A DNA stretch of 58,542 nucleotides from Bacillales bacterium UBA3620 (lineage in GTDB: Bacteria > Bacillota_I > Bacilli_A > RF39 > UBA660): positions 474 through 59,015 of the forward strand of contig DFLL01000017.1 of NCBI GenBank assembly GCA_002375205.1, written 5' to 3'. This document shows, piece by piece, positions 44,536-53,768 of the stretch; the first letter of the stretch is position 1; each line of letters starts with the position of its first letter. The notes under the pieces were generated by a model. It was not told the DNA's origin, made no database searches, and was given only the letters and a program-made list of their open reading frames with translations. The position numbers and the translations under genes were made by a program.

Positions 44536-46671
44536 TTACTTCTTTAGTAATTCTTTTCTAGATAAATTAAGTTTACCTTTTTTATCATAGCCAGTAGCAA
44601 TAGCTATTACTTCATCTCCCACTTTAAATAAATCACTAGGTTTTTCTACTCTTACGGTATCAAGTTGTGATACATGAATTAACCCCTCACAACCAGGCCA
44701 CAATTCTACAAATACGCCAAAGTCTTGAATATCTACTACTTTACATGTATAAATCTTACCTATTTCTACTTCTCTAGCAATATTCTTGATTCTTTCGGCT
44801 GTTGCATCAATAATACTTCTATCAGTATGATAAATAATTACTCTACCATCATCCTCAATATCAACCTTAACAGCATTAATATCTGTTACTGTATTAACAT
44901 TACTACATTCTAAGATAATCTTCGTAATCATTTCACCACCACGGCCAATAACATCTTTAATCTTATCTGGATTAATCATAAATGTTTCCGTCTTAGGAGC
45001 ATACTTAGATACATCATCTCTTGGTTTATCTATTTGTTTTTCGATGACATCTAATATTTCAAATCTTGCTTTCTTAGCCTGAGCTAAAGCTTCTTTTAAA
45101 ATATCTTTATTAATCCCATCAATCTTAATATCCATTTGAAGTGCAGTTATACCATCACGAGTTCCTGCTACTTTAAAATCCATATCTCCTAAATGATCTT
45201 CCATACCTTGAATATCCGTAAGTACTGTATAATCTTTACCACTAGTAATAAGTCCCATAGCAATACCTGCTACCGGTTTTCTAATAGGTACTCCAGCAGC
45301 CATTAAAGCCATTGTACCAGCACATATTGTTGCCTGACTTGATGACCCATTACTTTCTAATATTTCACTTACTACTCTTATCGTATAAGGAAATTCTTCT
45401 TCACTAGGAATAACATAAGATAAAGCTCTTTCACCAAGTGAACCATGCCCTATTTCTCTTCTTCCAGGAGCCCCGTATCTACCAGTCTCACCTACAGAAA
45501 ACGCAGGAAAATTATAATGAAGCATAAATCTTTTTGTATCTTCAATACCAAGACCATCTAATATTTGATGTTCTCCAAGTGCTCCAAGTGTTACTGTAGC
45601 AAGTGACTGTGTTTGACCTCTTGTAAATAATGCACTACCATGTGTTCTAGGAAGAAGATCAATATCCGTAGATAGTGGTCTAATTTCATCCATCTTTCTG
45701 CCATCCGCTCTTGTCTTTTCTTTAACAACTATATTTCTAAATAATTCATATTCTACATTGTGAAATATAAGTGCTACTTTAGTAAGTAACTCTTTTAATT
45801 CTTCAGGTTTCATATTATCTTCAAATTCACTCTTATATTTTTCTACTACTTCTTCTTGTAATCCATCAATAGCGGCATATTTCTCTAATTTATCTTTAAT
45901 TCTAAGAGCACTATCAAGTCTTTCTCTAATATAAGAATCTACTTCATTCCTTAACTCATCAGAAATTTCAAGTTTCTCATATTCCATCTTTCCTTCGCCA
46001 ATCTCACTAATAATATCTTCTTGAAAAGCCACTAACTTTTTAACAGCCTCATGGCCAAATAATAAAGCCTCTAACATATCATCTTCTGAAGCCTCCATAG
46101 CCCCAGCTTCAACCATATTAATGGCATCACGAGTTCCTGCAACCGTCAAATCAATGTCTGATTTTTCAGCTTCCTCAACCGTAGGATTAATAATAAACTT
46201 ACCATCTACTCTGCCAACTTTAACTGCAGCCACTGGGCCATTAAATGGAATTTTACTAATACATGTACTAAGAGAAGATCCAAACATAGCAGTAAGTTCA
46301 GGTGAATTATCTTGATCTACTGATAAAACAGTATTGACAATTTGTACCTCATTTTTAAAATCATCTGGGAATAATGGCCTAAGTGGTCTATCAATCATTC
46401 TAGCAGCAAGAGTAGCAGCATCTGTAGGTTTTCCTTCTCTTTTAATGAATCCTCCAGGTATTTTACCAACGGAATATAACTTTTCCTGATATAAAACCAT
46501 AAGTGGAAAGAAATCAGATAATAGATTAGCAGTCTTACTAACAACAGCGGTACTAAGTACTACCGTATCACCATATCTTACAAGTACAGCACCATCTGCT
46601 TGTTTAGCAAGTTCCCCATTTTCTACAACAATCTTTCTTCCATAAAAATCTAGTTCAAATACTTTTTTCAT
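44536..46671 (-). CDS. pnp: polyribonucleotide nucleotidyltransferase (PNPase)
   Basis: Two RNase PH domains, KH and S1 domains (GKIYTCKVVDIQDFGVFVEL). Start at ATG 46671 after GGAGGT. The track start at 46683 is the alternative. Confidence 0.95.
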   Translation of the reverse strand: MKKVFELDFYGRKIVVENGELAKQADGAVLVRYGDTVVLSTAVVSKTANLLSDFFPLMVLYQEKLYSVGKIPGGFIKREGKPTDAATLAARMIDRPLRPLFPDDFKNEVQIVNTVLSVDQDNSPELTAMFGSSLSTCISKIPFNGPVAAVKVGRVDGKFIINPTVEEAEKSDIDLTVAGTRDAINMVEAGAMEASEDDMLEALLFGHEAVKKLVAFQEDIISEIGEGKMEYEKLEISDELRNEVDSYIRERLDSALRIKDKLEKYAAIDGLQEEVVEKYKSEFEDNMKPEELKELLTKVALIFHNVEYELFRNIVVKEKTRADGRKMDEIRPLSTDIDLLPRTHGSALFTRGQTQSLATVTLGALGEHQILDGLGIEDTKRFMLHYNFPAFSVGETGRYGAPGRREIGHGSLGERALSYVIPSEEEFPYTIRVVSEILESNGSSSQATICAGTMALMAAGVPIRKPVAGIAMGLITSGKDYTVLTDIQGMEDHLGDMDFKVAGTRDGITALQMDIKIDGINKDILKEALAQAKKARFEILDVIEKQIDKPRDDVSKYAPKTETFMINPDKIKDVIGRGGEMITKIILECSNVNTVTDINAVKVDIEDDGRVIIYHTDRSIIDATAERIKNIAREVEIGKIYTCKVVDIQDFGVFVELWPGCEGLIHVSQLDTVRVEKPSDLFKVGDEVIAIATGYDKKGKLNLSRKELLKK

Positions 46672-46716
46672 TTCTACCTCCATCTTTCCTATAATAAGTA
46701 CTTTTTCCTAATTTAA

Positions 46717-46738
46717 AGGCACTCAAAAAAGAGTGCCT
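46717..46738 (-). promoter_or_regulatory. rpsO-pnp intergenic stem-loop (terminator/attenuator type)
   Basis: 8-bp stem aggcactc/gagtgcct with a 6-nt loop. On the minus strand it is followed by TTAAATT. The position corresponds to the well-known rpsO terminator/pnp leader hairpin. Confidence 0.5.
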
Positions 46739-46750
46739 ACTTTTCTATAT

Positions 46751-47020
46751 TTATTTTCTTAAGCCAAGTTTTTCAACAATAGCTCTATATCTTTTAACAT
46801 CATTCTTTAAAAGATAATTTAATAAACTTCTTCTTTTACCAACTTTAATAAGTAATCCTCTCTTAGAGTGCTTATCTTGTTTATTGTTCTTTAAATGTTC
46901 TGTAAGAGCATTAATTTCACTAGTTAAGATAGCAATCTGTACTTCAGCAGAACCAGTATCTTTTTCATTTCTAGCAAATTCTTTAATAATCTTACTTTTA
47001 ACATCTTTTCTTAAAGCCAT
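46751..47020 (-). CDS. rpsO: 30S ribosomal protein S15
   Basis: 89 aa. ...[36 protein letters not shown] is the S15 signature. Confidence 0.95.
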   Translation of the reverse strand: MALRKDVKSKIIKEFARNEKDTGSAEVQIAILTSEINALTEHLKNNKQDKHSKRGLLIKVGKRRSLLNYLLKNDVKRYRAIVEKLGLRK

Positions 47021-47134
47021 AATTTTTCCTCCTTATCTTATTTTCACCTTATACCTAGTTACAGACGAGGAATCTAATAACAAAGTTCAAGGAACATATT
47101 AATAATACACTATAATTAACATTTTGTAAAGTGT

Positions 47135-47746
47135 TTATCTTTGTTTTTTTCTTTTTTTTTCTTTGCTTTTTCCTTCAAGTTCTAGACTAAAGTTATTAAA
47201 ATTACCAACAAAAATATCGAAAGTTCTATTTTCATTAGAAGTTTCACTTAAAATATTAATATAATCATTTAATAAATCATTAATAGTATCAACATATCTT
47301 TCTTTTTCCTTACCATCAACCATTTGGTCTATAACATCAATATATTTTTTAAATGAATTCAAATAATTATCATTACTCTTTTTCTTTAAAGCATCAGCAA
47401 TATTAAAATTACATATAATAATCTTTAATTCAATAGAAGATATTTTATCTTTACCATTACCACATACTATTCTTAGCGGAAAACTACTGCCAATTACATT
47501 TTTTCCTTGAACAATTTCTAAATTATTATCCTTTTTTGAAACTTCACTTAGAAAATAATATTTATCATTATTAAAAACATTTTTCCCTTCATGGCAATCA
47601 TCCAATGATACACTAGAATCTTTTCTAAAAGCTATATATGGATTTTGTTTTTTATTCCAAATAGCACCTTTACCTGGTCCTAAATAATTAATAATGCCCA
47701 AACAGCCAATATTTATTTCATCAACACAAAAAAAATTTTCGTTCAT
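47135..47746 (-). CDS. hypothetical protein (203 aa, basic C-terminal tail)
   Basis: Strong RBS (TAGGAGGTAAATAAA-ATG) overlapping the stop of the upstream membrane protein gene. No family recognised. Confidence 0.5.
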   Translation of the reverse strand: MNENFFCVDEINIGCLGIINYLGPGKGAIWNKKQNPYIAFRKDSSVSLDDCHEGKNVFNNDKYYFLSEVSKKDNNLEIVQGKNVIGSSFPLRIVCGNGKDKISSIELKIIICNFNIADALKKKSNDNYLNSFKKYIDVIDQMVDGKEKERYVDTINDLLNDYINILSETSNENRTFDIFVGNFNNFSLELEGKSKEKKRKKQR

Positions 47747-47758
47747 TTTATTTACCTC

Positions 47759-48994
47759 CTAATAATTTAATATTTTATTTATATAATCAATAAACATATT
47801 ATTACATAAATATAGATTAAAAATATATGTTGTAATAATTATAATAATAAATATATTACCCTCTCTTAATCTTATACCATATTTAATTTTTTTTCCTATT
47901 AATATTAAAATAAATAGTTCCATTAATAAAAACAATATTACTTGACTTCTAAGAACAGTAAAACCAAATTTATTAACATACAAAAACATTCTATAATATG
48001 AATTAAATATAAGTATTATTGAAAATAAGCAAAGAAGTAATACCAATATTTTAACTAATTTATTATCTTTAATTAAAGTAGTATAATAACATAAATATCC
48101 TATAATAATCATATTAATAACTGTAACACCAAGTAACTGAAAGAAACCTTCTCTAGCATACTTTGCATAAGTATACAATTCTGGTAGATGAAAAAAATTA
48201 ACAGTTAGCTTAGATATTTCAGATACTAAGAATAACATAAATACTAGATTAACCATTATAAGTATAGTATTTACTATATAACTATTAATATTTTTCTTTT
48301 TTCCAATATTACTTTCATTAAATCTATTTTTTAAAATATTAATAAAGATAGAAAATAACAATATAAATGATATTACAATAACAATAAAGTTACCAATTAC
48401 ATTATTAATATTAAATAAATTAGAAATAAAGTCAAATATTACATCCGTAAATAAATTAAAATAAGCATCGCCCGATGTAAGTAAAGATAATATAATACCT
48501 ACTATTGGTAAACCTATAATAAATCCTATAACTATATATATTAAATTATTTTTTTTCTTTGTCTTTTCTTTCTTTATAAGTTTCAAATAACTTAAGTTAG
48601 AAAAAAGGTTTCCCGGAAAAATCTTAAAATAATTCTTAATAAAATTTCTATCAACAACAAATCTTTCATTAGTTATTCCAGCAAAAAATATTGAAAGTAA
48701 AACTGGAAGCACTATAACATTTAATACCATATTACTATTATCAATATCAATTATTAAGTAACTAAAAAGTATTAATATAATAGGCACTAAAAACAAATAA
48801 TATTTTTTTCTCTTATCAATATCAAATTTTCTAATCAAAAATATAAAACTAATAATAAGTAAACTACATGGTATAATAAAATATTTAATATACAAATCCA
48901 TTTTAATATTATGAATAATCATCATTAGAAATGATATAGCAAGAAATAATATACTAATAAATTTAAAATTCTTTTTTATAAAAATATTTTCCAT
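47759..48994 (-). CDS. polytopic membrane protein (DUF4153/DUF4173-like?)
   Basis: About 10 TM segments. Start moved to ATG 48994 (GGAG 6 nt upstream). The track start is a GTG at 49030. Confidence 0.5.
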   Translation of the reverse strand: MENIFIKKNFKFISILFLAISFLMMIIHNIKMDLYIKYFIIPCSLLIISFIFLIRKFDIDKRKKYYLFLVPIILILFSYLIIDIDNSNMVLNVIVLPVLLSIFFAGITNERFVVDRNFIKNYFKIFPGNLFSNLSYLKLIKKEKTKKKNNLIYIVIGFIIGLPIVGIILSLLTSGDAYFNLFTDVIFDFISNLFNINNVIGNFIVIVISFILLFSIFINILKNRFNESNIGKKKNINSYIVNTILIMVNLVFMLFLVSEISKLTVNFFHLPELYTYAKYAREGFFQLLGVTVINMIIIGYLCYYTTLIKDNKLVKILVLLLCLFSIILIFNSYYRMFLYVNKFGFTVLRSQVILFLLMELFILILIGKKIKYGIRLREGNIFIIIIITTYIFNLYLCNNMFIDYINKILNY

Positions 48995-49108
48995 AATAAC
49001 TCCAAATAAATATGATATATATACTATCACAAAAACATTTAATTATCAAGTTTAAATTTTTTCTAACAAATTCAGTACAATTTTATTACAATGCCAAAAA
49101 ATTTAAAA

Positions 49109-50095
49109 TTACTTTTCAATATTCAAATACTCGTAAGTTTTATCTGTAACAACTCTACCTCTTGCAGTTCTTTTTAAATATCCCTGCTGCAATAAAAATG
49201 GTTCATAAACATCTTCAATAGTAGATGCCTCTTCTCCAATTGAAGAAGCAAGTGCTTCTAAACCAACAGGTCCTCCATTAAATCTTTCGATAATAGCCAT
49301 AAGTAAATTATAATCTGTTTCATCTAAACCTGTTTTATCAACCTTTAACTTATCAAGTGAGCTAGAAAGAACATCTTCATTAATAATACCATCACCATAT
49401 ACCAAAGCAAAATCTCTTATCCTCTTAAAAAGTCTATTAGCAATTCTTGGCGTTCCTCTGCTTCTTCTAGCCAAGCATCTCGCAGCTTCATCCGTAATCG
49501 GAGTATCTAATACCCTAGATGTCCTCTTAATAATCTGATATAATTCTTCATCTGTATAGTAATTAAGTTTAGATATAATCCCAAATCTATCTCTTAAAGG
49601 ACTAGACAAATCACCCGCTCTAGTAGTTGCGCCAACTAAAGTAAAATGTGGTAAATTAATTTTAATATTTCTCGAAGAACCATCACTACCAACAATAATA
49701 TCTAAATAAAAATCCTCCATAGCGGGATACAATATTTCTTCAATATATCTAGGAATTCTATGAATTTCATCAATAAACAAAACATCTCCTTCTTCTAAAG
49801 TAGATAAAATTGCCGCCAAATCACCAGCTTTTTCAATAGAGGGCCCGCTAGCGGTCTTAATATTACTCCCAAGTTCATTTGCAATAATATAAGCAAGAGT
49901 CGTTTTGCCAAGACCCGGAGGACCATATAAAAGAATATGATCAAGTGTTTCTCCCCTCATTAATGCACTCTTAATAAAAACTCTTAAATTCTCTTTAATT
50001 TCACTTTGACCAACATATTCATCAAGCTTCTTTGGTCTAATATTTAATTCTCTATCTTCATCTGTTTCTATACTACTAACTATTCTCTCTTCCAT
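49109..50095 (-). CDS. ruvB: Holliday junction branch migration helicase RuvB
   Basis: [12 protein letters not shown], Walker [10 protein letters not shown], Walker B LFIDEIHR, a sensor motif and the [10 protein letters not shown] motif. Confidence 0.95.
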   Translation of the reverse strand: MEERIVSSIETDEDRELNIRPKKLDEYVGQSEIKENLRVFIKSALMRGETLDHILLYGPPGLGKTTLAYIIANELGSNIKTASGPSIEKAGDLAAILSTLEEGDVLFIDEIHRIPRYIEEILYPAMEDFYLDIIVGSDGSSRNIKINLPHFTLVGATTRAGDLSSPLRDRFGIISKLNYYTDEELYQIIKRTSRVLDTPITDEAARCLARRSRGTPRIANRLFKRIRDFALVYGDGIINEDVLSSSLDKLKVDKTGLDETDYNLLMAIIERFNGGPVGLEALASSIGEEASTIEDVYEPFLLQQGYLKRTARGRVVTDKTYEYLNIEK

Positions 50096-50657
50096 TAACC
50101 ATGACCTCCTTATATATCGAATTGTATAAATCCTTTGAACTATTATCTTCCTCTATTTTTAAAGAACTTATATCGGGTAAATCATCTTTTGAAGAAAGTC
50201 CAAAATAATCTAAAAATTCATCCGTCGTTCTATATAAAATCGGTTTTCCTGGCAAATCACTTTTACCACACTCTTTAATTAAACCCTTAGCAAGTAATCT
50301 CCTCATAACATAAGAAGAATCAACCCCTCTTAAAGAATCGACATTACCTCTCGTAATCGGTTCATTATAAGCAATAATCGCAAGAGTTTCTAAAGCCGAT
50401 TGTGATAAATTATTTGAACTAGGCTCTTCAAGTAATTTTTTATAATATTCTTTATGTTCTTCACAAGTAGTAAGTTTAATAGTATTACCCAAAAAGTTAA
50501 TTCTAAGGCCTCTATTATTATTGACATAATAATTTTTCAAATTAAGAACAGCCTCTTTAGCCTTTTCCTCATCTATTTCCAAAATATCCTCAATTTGTTT
50601 TAAAGTAAGACCCAAATCACCTTGAACATAAAGTAATCCTTCAATAATACCTTCCAT
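50076..50657 (-). CDS. scpB: segregation and condensation protein B
   Basis: [41 protein letters not shown] and P.LY.TT..FL..FGL motifs. Confidence 0.9.
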   Translation of the reverse strand: MEGIIEGLLYVQGDLGLTLKQIEDILEIDEEKAKEAVLNLKNYYVNNNRGLRINFLGNTIKLTTCEEHKEYYKKLLEEPSSNNLSQSALETLAIIAYNEPITRGNVDSLRGVDSSYVMRRLLAKGLIKECGKSDLPGKPILYRTTDEFLDYFGLSSKDDLPDISSLKIEEDNSSKDLYNSIYKEVMVNGRENS

Positions 50658-51370
50658 TACACATCCCTCAATTCTATCAAAATTTTATCAAAATTTCTAT
50701 CTTGCTTAACAATAATATCTCTTTCTTTAACCATCTCAAGTATCGATAAGAAAGTAACAACAATATAAGGCTTATTAAATTCCTCAAAAAGTTCATCTAA
50801 ATAAACTCTTTTCTTTTGAAATAAAATATTCTTAATACCAATTTTTCTCTCCCTAACAGAATATTCTTTCTTAGTAATCGTCGTTTCTAATGGTTTATCA
50901 AGTTCTTGCCTTACTAAAAAAGATTTAAAAGCCGCAATCAAATCGTCAATACTAGATTCACCTACAATCTTACTTGATATATAATCACTAACTTTTTCAG
51001 GATTTTTAACATAAATATTTTTTCTCTCTTTTTCTAACTCTTTAAGAGAAAAAGTAACTTCTTTATATCTTTGATATTCCAATAATTTATCAATCAAACT
51101 CTCCCTAGTAATTTCCTCTTCTAAATCATCATTTTTAGTATTATCACTTGGTAATAAACTTTTACTCTTCAAATACATCAGTTCAGCAGCCATAACTAAA
51201 TAATCCGATGAAACATTGATATTAAGACTCTCTTCTTTTCTAATATACTCTAAGTACTTATCTGTTATCTCGACAATATTAATATCAAAAATATCAGTAT
51301 TTCCTTCTTTTACTAAATGTAAAAGTAAATCTAAAGGTCCTTCAAAATTACTAAGCCTAACAAAATTCAT
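50657..51370 (-). CDS. scpA: segregation and condensation protein A (kleisin)
   Basis: L.NFEGPLDLLLHLVK....DI.DI.I.EITD.YL.YI and a C-terminal winged-helix segment (VVTFLSILEMVK). Confidence 0.9.
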   Translation of the reverse strand: MNFVRLSNFEGPLDLLLHLVKEGNTDIFDINIVEITDKYLEYIRKEESLNINVSSDYLVMAAELMYLKSKSLLPSDNTKNDDLEEEITRESLIDKLLEYQRYKEVTFSLKELEKERKNIYVKNPEKVSDYISSKIVGESSIDDLIAAFKSFLVRQELDKPLETTITKKEYSVRERKIGIKNILFQKKRVYLDELFEEFNKPYIVVTFLSILEMVKERDIIVKQDRNFDKILIELRDV

Positions 51371-51531
51371 AAAAGCCCACCATCCTAATTAATTGTACTA
51401 AATTTTAGTGTAAAAGTCTATATTTTTAAATATATTACTACATAATTAGCTAGTAAAATCATTATAAACATAATACTTATGATTGTCAATCTTTTTGTTT
51501 AAAATAAAAACATATGTATGCTTTATATAAT

Positions 51532-51558
51532 AAAATGTAACCAAATAGGTTACATTTT
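51532..51558. promoter_or_regulatory. perfect 11-bp inverted repeat with 5-nt spacer in the scpA / 72-aa-gene divergent region
   Basis: aaaatgtaacc aaata ggttacatttt (51532-51542 and 51548-51558). Confidence 0.4.
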
Positions 51559-51601
51559 TCTAAATAAATTTATACTATACTAAAAAAGAGGAGAGGAAAA
51601 T

Positions 51602-51820
51602 ATGACAGACTTATCAAAAAAAGTATCCATGGTAGTAGAACACCTAATTAGATATGATAATAAAAAGAAATTATCATGGACAAATGTTTATAAAGAAGTA
51701 TTAAAAGAATTAAATCTTAAAGATGATGATCAAAATATTTTAGTCAAAACCGTAAAAGAATTAACAAATCTCGGCTATGACATAATTGGTGATCCTTTTA
51801 AATTAGAAAAATTTAGATAA
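51602..51820 (+). CDS. hypothetical small protein (72 aa)
   Basis: Strong RBS (AAGAGGAGAGG). It is the only plus-strand gene in this 15-kb stretch. Confidence 0.5.
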   Translation: MTDLSKKVSMVVEHLIRYDNKKKLSWTNVYKEVLKELNLKDDDQNILVKTVKELTNLGYDIIGDPFKLEKFR

Positions 51821-51846
51821 TTACACTTTAATAGTGTAATTTTTTT
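51821..51846. terminator. bidirectional terminator hairpin between convergent genes
   Basis: ttacact ttaat agtgtaa followed by TTTTTTT. Confidence 0.5.
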
Positions 51847-51883
51847 AATAGAAAAAGAAATATCATAATAGATATTTCTACTC

Positions 51884-52123
51884 TCATTCACTTTTAAATG
51901 CCAAAAGGATTTCTTTAAGTCTATCTTCACCAGTTACTTCAACAATTACTTTTTCCTTATCAGATTCTTCTATACTAACAAGCTTAAAGTCATTTTCAAT
52001 ATCCGTCTCCGTAGCATTTATTTTTGCAATATAATAATAATTAACATCATTATATAACGCTTTATCCAAAACTAAATATTTTTCACCATTACCCAAAGTA
52101 ATAACCTTATCAATATCTATCAT
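51884..52123 (-). CDS. small acidic protein, DUF1292-like
   Basis: 79 aa. ITLGNGEKYLVLDKALYNDVNYYYIAKI....D.....F.LV resembles the DUF1292 core. Confidence 0.35.
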   Translation of the reverse strand: MIDIDKVITLGNGEKYLVLDKALYNDVNYYYIAKINATETDIENDFKLVSIEESDKEKVIVEVTGEDRLKEILLAFKSE

Positions 52124-52139
52124 ATTATCACTTTCCCCT

Positions 52140-53768
52140 CTAATTATTTACTTCTGGAAATCCAAAATTATCATTACCATCATTTAAATTATCATTATGA
52201 ATTGGAATATTAATATTTGGAAAATCACTTGCTTCAAGCTTAGAATCAGAAACAGGAATCCAAAAAGAACTGCCTTCTTCATTTTTAGAACCATCATCTT
52301 TTTCTCTCATTTTGCTGCCATCAGAAGATTCTTTTTCAACTTCAGTATTACTATTTTCATCGTTATTAGTAATAATCTCATCACTCAAAGAATTAATAAC
52401 CTGTTCGTTTACAATATTAGTTTCATCAGTATGAGGTTTTTCTTGAACAACGTTTTGAATATCATTTACATCCGAAACAATATTATTATCAAGTTCCATA
52501 GCATTGCCAAGTTCTATATTTAATTTCTTTTTAACCTTATCTCTAACACTAGTTCCCTTTAATTTAGCAAGTCCAACATTTAAAGTCAAAGGGGAATCAT
52601 CAATAGAAATAATACTATAAGGATTATACTCTTTTACCGAAATACCATCAGTAACAGGAATATCTACAGATAATAAAGAATTACTTTCTAATTTATCTTC
52701 CTGTTCCTTAGTTTCATCAATTAAATTATATTCGCTAAGAATAGCCAGTATTTCCGGTTCCTTTATTACTTCCTCTAATTCTTCTAATCTCTCTTCCTTA
52801 AACTCTATCCTACTAGTAAGATTAGCTATATTATCTAATATTTCTTTCTCATTATTTAATATCTTACTTTGATTTAACATTACATCCTCAAAAGGAATTA
52901 ATATATCAGTATCTACATTAATCGTCTTTCTTTCTTCAAATAAACTAGTAATTTCATCTCTCTTAGCAAGAATATCCTTGAATTCATCCTCAAAATTAAT
53001 AACAAGTTTATATATCTTAAGAATAATCTCCCTATCTTTCCATAATGAATAACTCTTACTTGCCTCTTCAATATAAGAAGTATATTCATCATCCATACCA
53101 GTCGATAGAAGACTTTCAACACTTTCCTTAGTAATATCTAAAGTCTCTTTATTATCTTTAGCTTTCTTACTGACTTCCTCTAAAATATTAATTATATTTT
53201 CTTCTTCAATACTACCATAATATTCATCAGAACTTACACTAGTAACAAAGGAAGAATATAATTCATCTTCAAGTGCTTTATTCTTTTCAAAATAATCATC
53301 TTTCTTTTCTTCTTCTTCACTAAGCGTTTCTCTCAATTTTTCTATATTTTCTTTAATATTTTCAATTTCTTTAACTGTATCCAAATACTTAGAAATCAGA
53401 TTTAATCTTTCTTTCTTATTATTAAGTTCATTTTCTGATACAATAAGTTGAAGATTCTTAATATATTTACCAGTAGCAGCATGAAAATCTCCTGCTAGAG
53501 AGCTTCTCTTTTTTAATCTGTCTTCAAGTAAATCAATTAATTTCTCTAATCTTTCTCGTTCTTTATCTAAAGTTTTTTTAGGTGTAATAAGATTTTTTAA
53601 TTCTTTTTGAAACTCTTCATTATAATAAGAATCGATTTTTTTTGCATATTTTTCATAATTCTCAAGTACTTCTTCAGAAACATCTTCACCCTTAATACTG
53701 TCAAGTTTAATTCTCATCTCAAATATTTTACATAAATTTTCAAATGTTTTTATAGAGTTTCCTTCCAT
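52140..53768 (-). CDS. acidic coiled-coil protein, paralog 2 (542 aa)
   Basis: Long Glu/Lys/Asn-rich helical frame. It is similar in layout to the upstream gene (see finding). Confidence 0.6.
   Translation of the reverse strand: MEGNSIKTFENLCKIFEMRIKLDSIKGEDVSEEVLENYEKYAKKIDSYYNEEFQKELKNLITPKKTLDKERERLEKLIDLLEDRLKKRSSLAGDFHAATGKYIKNLQLIVSENELNNKKERLNLISKYLDTVKEIENIKENIEKLRETLSEEEEKKDDYFEKNKALEDELYSSFVTSVSSDEYYGSIEEENIINILEEVSKKAKDNKETLDITKESVESLLSTGMDDEYTSYIEEASKSYSLWKDREIILKIYKLVINFEDEFKDILAKRDEITSLFEERKTINVDTDILIPFEDVMLNQSKILNNEKEILDNIANLTSRIEFKEERLEELEEVIKEPEILAILSEYNLIDETKEQEDKLESNSLLSVDIPVTDGISVKEYNPYSIISIDDSPLTLNVGLAKLKGTSVRDKVKKKLNIELGNAMELDNNIVSDVNDIQNVVQEKPHTDETNIVNEQVINSLSDEIITNNDENSNTEVEKESSDGSKMREKDDGSKNEEGSSFWIPVSDSKLEASDFPNINIPIHNDNLNDGNDNFGFPEVNN

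Noticed and set aside
47021-47134. rpsO 5' leader as an S15 autoregulatory RNA structure
   Set aside because: A promoter-like TTTACA-17-TATTAT and a leader of about 80 nt are present. By eye I could only find a 4-bp hairpin, which is not enough to claim the S15-binding fold without a covariance-model search.
52197-52523. 108-aa plus-strand ORF antisense to the coiled-coil gene. The same applies to 53904-54182, 54810-55007, 55974-56156 and 52913-53122.
   Set aside because: These are shadow frames of Glu/Lys/Asn-rich genes (antisense Phe/Ile/Leu/Ser-rich). They have no RBS or motif.
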